A DNA stretch of 35,296 nt, taken from positions 19,968 to 55,263 of the forward strand of contig QHTZ01000052.1 in the NCBI GenBank assembly GCA_003221005.1, in the 5' to 3' direction. Each line of letters begins with the position of its first letter. The stretch's first letter is position 1. Origin of the DNA: Gemmatimonadota bacterium (lineage in GTDB: Bacteria; Gemmatimonadota; Gemmatimonadetes; Gemmatimonadales; GWC2-71-9). Position numbers and translations under genes: made by a program. Shown here one piece after another: positions 28,925-34,933 of the stretch. Below the pieces are notes generated by a model. That model saw only the letters and a program-made list of their open reading frames with translations, did no database searches and was not told where the DNA came from.

Positions 28925-29296
28925 TCAGTACGTGGGCTGACATCGGCTGTCGCCGCACACAATGAGGTAAGTCACCCCCAGCGCCACGGCGGGGACTCCG
29001 ATGACCACACCCAAGGTGCGTCCCAAGTTCAGGCGTTCGCGTTCTAACTGTGTGATCTCGGCGATTGGCACCGCCACTGTGTCCCCGTGCACTCGTCCAT
29101 ACAGTGTATCCGCCCGCACAAATGGCGCGGTAAGAGCTACCCGGGTGCTGTCCTGGCGCGTCAGCCGCAGCCGGTGTGGGAGGGACTGTCCCGCACCGAG
29201 TGCCGGGTTGGTATCGAAGGGCCGCCAAGTAGCACACCCGGCTACGGCAAACGCCAGAACAACGAGAAGGGAATAAGGGCGTCGAGTTTGCAGCAT
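28925..29296 (-). CDS. Hypothetical lipoprotein (cassette), paralog of 28393..28779
   Basis: VAGC lipobox; shared TR.D.T...L..P....DTL.G ... GRTLG plus TM. Confidence 0.82.
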   Translation of the reverse strand: MLQTRRPYSLLVVLAFAVAGCATWRPFDTNPALGAGQSLPHRLRLTRQDSTRVALTAPFVRADTLYGRVHGDTVAVPIAEITQLERERLNLGRTLGVVIGVPAVALGVTYLIVCGDSRCQPTY

Positions 29297-29320
29297 AGGT
29301 CCTCGTTGGCTGCGCGAGCG

Positions 29321-29461
29321 GCCTAACGGCTCGCGCTTAAGCTGCGGCGCCCCACCCGGCCGGGCGCCCCGATGATCAACGGCTCCACAGATGGATGCTG
29401 GCGCACAAATGCAATTCTACCTCGCAGTGACCACGCCGCCAGCTTCACGCGCTTGTTAGGC
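29321..29461 (-). other. attC site (141 bp)
   Basis: GCCTAAC 29321, GTTAGGC 29455-29461. Confidence 0.92.
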
Positions 29462-29474
29462 CGCACAGCCAGGA

Positions 29475-30368
29475 TTAGGAACACCCCCCGACGTAAGCCA
29501 CAGCAGACCAAAGGCCGGCCCGATACATCATCACCTTCGTCTCGAACGTCTGGAAGAGCAACCGATAGGCCCCGTTTGACGAATCCTGTGGCACGTAGAT
29601 GAGAAGGTTCCTGCTCCACCGTGCGTCGGGGGCGTCGGGGAGTGGCTGGACCTCGATGCGCCCAGGGTACAGTGCTTTCACCTCGGCTTCTGTGGATTTG
29701 AGGCTAGCGCCGCTGATGGTGGCCGCCGGACCTGCGTGAACTTCCACCCCCTCCACCACGCTGTCGATGACCAGTAACGACACACCCCAGGGCGCCGCGG
29801 AGGGCTGCACGTATCCACACTTTTCCCCGGGGGTCGTCTCGACCTCTAGGGTCTCCCCGAGGACGCGCGAAGCCTCCGCTAGCGTCATCCCGTAGCGGAT
29901 GGGGCCGGCCCCTCGTAGTCCAATTTTCCAGACAACGCGATCAGCCACGGGTGCTCGATTGGCGTCGCCCAGCCGTTCGGCGAAGACCATGCGGGGTAGA
30001 CGGAACCCCCACCGATTACTGAAGCGCCCAATCAGGGTGTCCCCCCTGACCCTACCCGTAAAGGGACTGATATCCTTGTAACTCCCGTCCGTGAAGTTGA
30101 TGGTAATGCTGTCGCCATCAACTGTGACTGGTGCAAGCGTCGGTTTACTGGGTACGCCCTCCGCGGTCTGCACAAAGGCGTAGTACTGAATGCCCGTTTC
30201 GCCCCCGGCATAGGAGATGAAGATCGTCGCGCCGCCGATGTCACCCGTTTTCGAACTAACGTACATGTCGCTAAAGAAGCCAGTAACGCCTCCTTGTTGC
30301 GCACAGACACGTGCCGTCGGAAAGAAGGCGTCGAGAACCATCAGGAGAACGAATGTCTTGGCCGTCAC
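29475..30368 (-). CDS. Secreted two-domain hypothetical protein (cassette)
   Basis: AAGGAG SD, signal peptide, fills the cassette; C-domain G.GPIR.GMTL.EA...LG. Confidence 0.8.
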   Translation of the reverse strand: MTAKTFVLLMVLDAFFPTARVCAQQGGVTGFFSDMYVSSKTGDIGGATIFISYAGGETGIQYYAFVQTAEGVPSKPTLAPVTVDGDSITINFTDGSYKDISPFTGRVRGDTLIGRFSNRWGFRLPRMVFAERLGDANRAPVADRVVWKIGLRGAGPIRYGMTLAEASRVLGETLEVETTPGEKCGYVQPSAAPWGVSLLVIDSVVEGVEVHAGPAATISGASLKSTEAEVKALYPGRIEVQPLPDAPDARWSRNLLIYVPQDSSNGAYRLLFQTFETKVMMYRAGLWSAVAYVGGCS

Positions 30369-30388
30369 TGCGGGACTCCTTTGGTGCG

Positions 30389-30530
30389 GCCTAACGGATC
30401 GCGCTTAAGCTGCGGGCGACTGGCCTGCCGGCGCAACAGTAGTGGACGACAGTCCACGCCCGCCGGGGCGCCAAACACTCCGCTTCCCTTAACGCGATCC
30501 CTGCCCGGCAGCTTCAAGCGCTTGTTAGGC
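30389..30530 (-). other. attC site (142 bp)
   Basis: GCCTAAC 30389, GTTAGGC 30524-30530. Confidence 0.92.
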
Positions 30531-30756
30531 TGCGCCCTCTGCGAGCGGGCTTCCACTTCAGGGCCAGCTTCCGGCCGCTCGCGGCGCAGTCCCGCAGATA
30601 GAGGTTGATGAGCGTCTGGTAGGGAATCTCGAGCTCCGCGGCGAGCCTCTTGAAATACGCCACCGCCGTCGAGTCGAGTCGGATCGTCACCGACTGCTTG
30701 AGACGACTGGCGTAGGGATTGCGACGAGCCTTCGAGAAGTCGTATTCGCGTCTCAT
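30514..30756 (-). CDS. brnA: BrnA-family antitoxin
   Basis: MRREYDFSKARRNPYA..LK..VTIRLD.....YFK.LA....IPYQTLINLYLRDC; ATGA overlap with the toxin stop. Confidence 0.88.
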   Translation of the reverse strand: MRREYDFSKARRNPYASRLKQSVTIRLDSTAVAYFKRLAAELEIPYQTLINLYLRDCAASGRKLALKWKPARRGRSLTSA

Positions 30757-31047
30757 CGATGCCACCTCGCGTCGTACTGCTGGCGCTCGACCTTGGTCGC
30801 CTTCCGTGCCGAAATGATACGGATGATGTCGTCGTGTGCGCGGTAGGTATGGACGACGACCAGCACTCCAAAGGCGGCGCTCAGGCCGAGCAGAATGAAC
30901 CGCTCTTCATCCCCGGAGTGGTCGGGATCGTCGAGGAGGCGAGCGTACTCGTCAGCAAAGGGTCCTGGCTTCCTCGAAGGCGATCCTACGCTTGCGCTGA
31001 TTCTCGGCGTCCTTCCGATGGTCCCACTCGAACCGGGGCGCCGCCAT
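30753..31047 (-). pseudogene. brnT: BrnT-family toxin, frameshifted near 30960
   Basis: MAAPRFEWDHRKDAENQRK..IAFEEART, then a frame change to FADEYA...DPDHS..EERFILLG...RIISARKAT..ER; length 295 = 3n+1. Confidence 0.85.
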
Positions 31048-31052
31048 GGACC

Positions 31053-31082
31053 AATGTATGTACGATGTATGTACGCCGTCAA
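31053..31082 (-). promoter_or_regulatory. brnTA promoter (TTGACG-N18-TACATT) overlapped by an 11-bp direct repeat (putative operator)
   Basis: ATGTATGTACG x2 at 31054-31075; -10 lies 5 nt before ATG 31047. Confidence 0.6.
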
Positions 31083-31096
31083 GTCTGGGTGGCGCA

Positions 31097-31236
31097 GCCT
31101 AACGGATCGGGCCTAAGCTGCGGGCGACTCGCCCGCTGGCGCAAGAGTGTGGAACGTTAGTCAATCCGCGTCCGCGCAGAACACTCCGATTCCCTTAGAA
31201 CGATCACCGCCCGCCAGCTTCAAGCGCTTGTTAGGG
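31097..31236 (-). other. attC site (140 bp) with IS1595 inserted in R''; original GC end displaced to 32900-32901
   Basis: GCCTAAC 31097 ... CTTGTTAG|GG, where GG is the IS terminus. Confidence 0.9.
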
Positions 31237-31302
31237 CAATAACACAGTTGACACACCTTGTTAGGAGCCTTAGTTATGGAACATAATGGGTGCGATCCGG
31301 CA

Positions 31303-31689
31303 TTAGGTGAACAATCCGATCCTGCGGGCCTCGCGCTCGATTTCCGTAAGCGCGCGAGTGACCTCACCGAGACAGACCCTGAGGAAGCTGCTAGCGCGTT
31401 GTCGCGCGATTTTGCCGACTGGACCTATCGCTACTTGCACATGAACTTGGAAGTTGTATTGCACTGTCTCTCCGTGCGGGACGGCTGCGATTATCATCTC
31501 ATCCTTCGCGCTGTCCCAGACGGGTGGCCAGGTCTTAATCGGCGGACCAATGACGTGATTCCATCCGGTGATGAGGGCGACCGGGATGGTGATTTCGTGT
31601 TTCACTGAACCCGGCGATTTCCCGCTCAAGGTCCTGAATCTCTCGCTGGGCGTGGTCGATGCTATATCGTGAGTCAGCGAGTGGGTCAA
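31303..31689 (-). CDS. IS passenger ORF, unknown function (competing antisense ORF 31276..31608 +)
   Basis: Two overlapping antiparallel ORFs fill the passenger region; which one is real cannot be decided from sequence alone. Confidence 0.4.
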   Translation of the reverse strand: MTHSLTHDIASTTPSERFRTLSGKSPGSVKHEITIPVALITGWNHVIGPPIKTWPPVWDSAKDEMIIAAVPHGETVQYNFQVHVQVAIGPVGKIARQRASSFLRVCLGEVTRALTEIEREARRIGLFT

Positions 31690-31697
31690 TCACTACG

Positions 31698-31832
31698 TTA
31701 GCGGTGCTTGGGTTTGGCTTTCTTCTGTTTGGAAACCTCCGACTTCGGCACGGCGACCAAACGTCGTGTAAGTGTGATCATCCGCCTGAACTTCTCACGC
31801 GGCGTTGGCTCGCGCTCTGGCTTTGGGGTCAT
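31698..31832 (-). CDS. 44-aa basic ORF directly downstream of the transposase
   Basis: MTPKPEREPTPREKFRRMITLTRRLVAVPKSEVSKQKKAKPKHR*, purine-rich GGGGGAAA upstream. Confidence 0.6.
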   Translation of the reverse strand: MTPKPEREPTPREKFRRMITLTRRLVAVPKSEVSKQKKAKPKHR

Positions 31833-31868
31833 CGGCGCCGTTTCCCCCGTAATAGGTGGCGCCGACTC

Positions 31869-32843
31869 TTAGCCTTGCGTCGTCGCGGGGCTCAGGTTGG
31901 CGCCGATCAGGTCCGCGTAGGTAAGGCGCTTGCCCACGATAGCAGCCAGCACGCTCACGAAGCGACCCCGGTCATTGGTGCCCCGGTGATTGAACCGATG
32001 CACCTGTTCGTCAACATACCGGAACAGGTGAAAGGGGTCAACGCTGATGTAGGTACCCTTGATCGCCCGCTTGAGCAAACTCCAGAAGTTTTCCAGGCTG
32101 TTCGTGTGCACCTGCCCGCGCACATATTCCTTGGCGTGGTTGATCATCGCGTGCTGATACAGCTTGGGCAGCTTCCCCTTGCCGTACTGCTGAGTGGTAT
32201 CGGTGTAGAGGTTCGCGCCCTTCTCCACGGCCGCGATGACGTGCCCGTGCAGGCTCCGCTTGCTCACGTTCTTCACGACGACGGCGCGCACGCGGCTGTG
32301 CTTCCCATCCCGGCCGCGCTCCAAGATGCCGAGCACCGGAGTCTTGTCCATGCCGCCAGTCCCGCGAATGACGCGCTTCCGCTTGCTCGCGTGCATAAAC
32401 TTCGCCGCGCCCCCAATGAAGGTCTCGTCCGCTTCGACGGACCCGCGCATCTTAGCGAAGCTCCGGCTCTGCATGGCGAGCCGGATGCGGTGGAGCATGA
32501 ACCATGCAGTCGCCTGCGTCACACCGAGCGCCCGGCCCAACTCGTAGGAGCTGATGCCGTTCTTGGAATTGGCGAGCATCCACACGGCGGGCAGCCATTT
32601 TTCCAATCCAATCGGGCTATCCTCGAAGATTGTACCGAGCTTCACCGAGAACTGCCGCCCACAGTCGCGGCACTTCCAGATACGGCGGGTCTTGAGGAAG
32701 CTGGGGTTCTTCGCTTCGCACGCGACGCAGGATACGCCGTTCGGCCAGCGGAGCGCGGCGAGGAAGGTCAGCGCGCTATCCCGATTGGCGAAATAGCGGA
32801 TGGCTTCATGGAGCGAATTGGGGAAGGCATGGTGTTTGGACAT
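31869..32843 (-). CDS. tnp: IS1595-family DDE transposase
   Basis: RWPNG..CVAC...WKCRDC zinc ribbon, HTH (GISSYEL.RALGVTQ.TAWFMLHRIR), VEADETFIGG, LYTD, HTNSLENFW, YVDE...RFN. Confidence 0.96.
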   Translation of the reverse strand: MSKHHAFPNSLHEAIRYFANRDSALTFLAALRWPNGVSCVACEAKNPSFLKTRRIWKCRDCGRQFSVKLGTIFEDSPIGLEKWLPAVWMLANSKNGISSYELGRALGVTQATAWFMLHRIRLAMQSRSFAKMRGSVEADETFIGGAAKFMHASKRKRVIRGTGGMDKTPVLGILERGRDGKHSRVRAVVVKNVSKRSLHGHVIAAVEKGANLYTDTTQQYGKGKLPKLYQHAMINHAKEYVRGQVHTNSLENFWSLLKRAIKGTYISVDPFHLFRYVDEQVHRFNHRGTNDRGRFVSVLAAIVGKRLTYADLIGANLSPATTQG

Positions 32844-32849
32844 GCAGAA

Positions 32850-32878
32850 AATCTACCCTAGAGGGCTTGGTGTGTCAA
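32850..32878 (-). promoter_or_regulatory. Transposase promoter TTGACA-N17-TAGATT; -35 lies inside the IR, ATG 6 nt after -10
   Basis: Hexamers read directly from the sequence. Confidence 0.7.
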
Positions 32879-32918
32879 CTGTGTTATTGCCCTTGTTAGG
32901 CCACAGCCTAACGCGCCA

Positions 32919-33443
32919 CTATTTGAACTTCTTCCGCAGTCCACCGATGTCGGCCGACTGGTGGAACAACCAGGTTGTGTGCTCTTGGGCGACGGGCTGC
33001 ATTTCCCGTCCGATTCGCGCCTTCACCAGGCGATTGTTGTCGAGGATGAGGGTCGAGAACCAGTTTTGGGCTAGGTTCACCCACGTAGAATCGAAGGAGC
33101 GACCGACCTTGCCTTCCAGCGTTGCCCGCGCCTGCTCAAGGAGCACCGTCGACGTATCGTGCTCCGGGAGCGCGAGGGTGAGGTGCCGCTCGCTTGCGAT
33201 CCGTTCGAGCTTCTGCCGTGCCTCACGATGGGCGCTCACGAGCTTCTCGGCCGCCTTGCGCACGTCGCCATCGGCCCCGCGTTCCGTGGCGAGGGTCGCG
33301 AATGCGATGGTCATAGCATGACGCTTGGCGTAAAGCGAATAGAGCGCGCCCTCGCTCAGGCTGCCGCCAGGGGCCTGAGCTGCTACAGGTGGCGCAAAGC
33401 TCAAACTGCTGATCAGAAGCCAGAATGTGGCGCAAGACTTCAC
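32919..33443 (-). CDS. Secreted DUF4142-like protein (cassette)
   Basis: Signal peptide; A.LA.ERG....VR..A..LV..H......L..IA, L....G..FD..W. Confidence 0.75.
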   Translation of the reverse strand: MKSCATFWLLISSLSFAPPVAAQAPGGSLSEGALYSLYAKRHAMTIAFATLATERGADGDVRKAAEKLVSAHREARQKLERIASERHLTLALPEHDTSTVLLEQARATLEGKVGRSFDSTWVNLAQNWFSTLILDNNRLVKARIGREMQPVAQEHTTWLFHQSADIGGLRKKFK

Positions 33444-33482
33444 GTGATCTCCCCGTTCGCAAGACTGTGGTAAACCGCCGCG

Positions 33483-33623
33483 GCCTAACGGCGCGCGCGT
33501 AAGCTGCGGCGCCCCGCCCAGCAGGGCGCTCCGCCTATCGAGCTGCTCACAAATGAATGCGGGCGCACAACCGCAATTCTACTTCGACTACACCGCGCCG
33601 CCAGCTTCACGCGCTTGTTAGGC
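33483..33623 (-). other. attC site (141 bp; same sub-family as 29321)
   Basis: GCCTAAC 33483, GTTAGGC 33617-33623; the upstream gene's TAA lies in R''. Confidence 0.92.
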
Positions 33624-34136
33624 GCCGGCCCCCGGCACGAAGCGAGGAGGAATGACGGGCGCGCCGCACTCGGCGCAAAACTTCGCATCCGGTGGCACTT
33701 CGTGACCATTCTGACAACGCCACTCGATGCCCTCATCTTCTCGGCGCATCGCGGCATACGCCACACCCCATGCCGCGCCATAGAACACCATGGCGTGGCC
33801 AGAAGCCATGCGCCAGAACCCGGGACCTTCCATTGAGTAAACGCCAAGGAAACCGAGGCCGAAGTTGATGACGGCGTAGACGACGATCCCTTGCAGGAGG
33901 GGGTACAACCAATCCGGCCCCCCTGCGAGCCAGACCTTCCAGCTCCTCCGACCCTGCCCTGTCGTTGAGTCGAAGCGCCGGAGGTAGAACACGGTCGGGA
34001 ACCACACGACGAAGATCCCGATGAAGAGGACTGTTCCTCCCGGACCCAGAAGGTCGTGATGGAAGAGCAATCCTACGTGCCAGGCCGCACTCAGTAGGAG
34101 GCCAATGAACGCAACGGGGGCAAGGAGGCGAGGCAA
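33618..34136 (-). CDS. Membrane protein with C-terminal zinc ribbon (cassette)
   Basis: GGAG SD before TTG 34136; 4 TM segments; CQNGH......KFCAECGAP. Confidence 0.8.
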   Translation of the reverse strand: MPRLLAPVAFIGLLLSAAWHVGLLFHHDLLGPGGTVLFIGIFVVWFPTVFYLRRFDSTTGQGRRSWKVWLAGGPDWLYPLLQGIVVYAVINFGLGFLGVYSMEGPGFWRMASGHAMVFYGAAWGVAYAAMRREDEGIEWRCQNGHEVPPDAKFCAECGAPVIPPRFVPGAGA

Positions 34137-34165
34137 AGCGCGGGCTCCGAAGGGTGGGGCTGTGC

Positions 34166-34306
34166 GCCTAACGGATCGCGCGTAAGCTGCGGGCGACTCG
34201 CCCGCCGGCGCACCCGTCGTTGAACGATAGTTCGTGCGGGCTAGGGCACAACACTCCGCTTCCCTTAAAGCGAGCACCGCCCGCCAGCTTCAAGCGCTTG
34301 TTAGGC
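34166..34306 (-). other. attC site (141 bp; sub-family of 30389/31097)
   Basis: GCCTAAC 34166, GTTAGGC 34300-34306. Confidence 0.92.
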
Positions 34307-34310
34307 GGCG

Positions 34311-34580
34311 TCACAGCCGCGCCACGAGGTTGTCGTAGTCCGCGTGCGACCCGATCCAGAACCAGATCACCGCGTCCCCTTCCCTGACCGCAAGTGCTCG
34401 ATACCCGAGGCCGACCCGCGCCGAGAAAATGGGCCGTGTGGGATGGATCTGTTTGAATCGGACGCTTGGGTGAAACGGGTCGCGGCGAAACAACCGGTAG
34501 GCCAGACGGGCTTGGGCTTGAATCTGCAGCGGCAAGGCGGCGAAGGCCTCGCGAAACCGCGCGGTCGTGTGCGAGGTCAG
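34311..34580 (-). CDS. RelE/ParE-superfamily toxin, probable CTG start
   Basis: (L)TSHTTARFREAFAALP..IQ..AR.AY.LF..DP.HPS.RFK.......S.RV...YRAL.......WFWIGSH.DYD. Confidence 0.85.
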   Translation of the reverse strand: MTSHTTARFREAFAALPLQIQAQARLAYRLFRRDPFHPSVRFKQIHPTRPIFSARVGLGYRALAVREGDAVIWFWIGSHADYDNLVARL

Positions 34581-34795
34581 AGCTCGTCAGGCTCGAGGCG
34601 ACGCGTACGGCCAGCACGGTGCTCCTGCAAGGCTTCGTCAGCCAACTGCTCGAGCGCCCGAGGCTTGGCTGCAAACGAGGCGTCCCAAAGCCCGTCGACC
34701 TTCACCTCTTCGAGGATGGCCGCCGCTAGGGCGTCCTGGTCCGCGGGCGGGAGCTTAGAAGCAGCTTCGAAGGCCTTCTTGAGCTGGTTGGTCAT
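34577..34795 (-). CDS. Putative antitoxin paired with the downstream toxin
   Basis: 72 aa, acidic; L.KAF....KLP...QD..A..IL.E......WD..F......LE.LA.EAL.E; stop overlaps the toxin start. Confidence 0.82.
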   Translation of the reverse strand: MTNQLKKAFEAASKLPPADQDALAAAILEEVKVDGLWDASFAAKPRALEQLADEALQEHRAGRTRRLEPDEL

Positions 34796-34843
34796 GGGAC
34801 AAATCTATGGGAGGCCTGTCCGCAACGCCAAGTGTGCGACGCC

Positions 34844-34933
34844 GCCTAACGGATCGCGCTTAAGCTGCGGCGCGCTGAAGAAGAATTCATTCTCTAATCT
34901 ACGCGCGCCGTCAGCTTCAAGCGCTAGTTAGGG
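34844..34933 (-). other. attC site (90 bp) with a second IS inserted in R''
   Basis: GCCTAAC 34844 ... CTAGTTAG|GG. Confidence 0.88.

Larger units (their letters stand above)
31235..32891 (-). mobile_element. IS1595-family element (1657 bp) with passenger DNA
   Basis: Perfect 23-bp IRs GGCAATAACACAGTTGACACACC (31235-31257, 32869-32891); 8-bp TSD CTTGTTAG (31227-31234, 32892-32899); transposase inside. Confidence 0.96.
22335..34933 (-). mobile_element. Integron gene-cassette array (no intI in window; it continues past the right edge or is a CALIN)
   Basis: Repeated imperfect palindromes GCCTAAC...GTTAGGC separating co-oriented minus-strand ORFs; TA cassettes present. Confidence 0.93.

Noticed and set aside
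31659-32861. 400-aa plus-strand ORF inside the IS
   Set aside because: Antisense shadow of the transposase
29323-34674. ORFs running through attC sites (e.g. 29323..29619, 30365..30871, 33485..33847, 34168..34674, and the N-terminus of 33618..34277)
   Set aside because: Recurring PNKRLKL/PNGSRLSCG peptides are translations of attC repeats, not genes
26167-34933. Regularly recurring repeats read as a CRISPR array
   Set aside because: The repeats are 90-142 bp imperfect palindromes separated by whole genes with RYYYAAC/GTTRRRY ends; no short spacers and no cas genes
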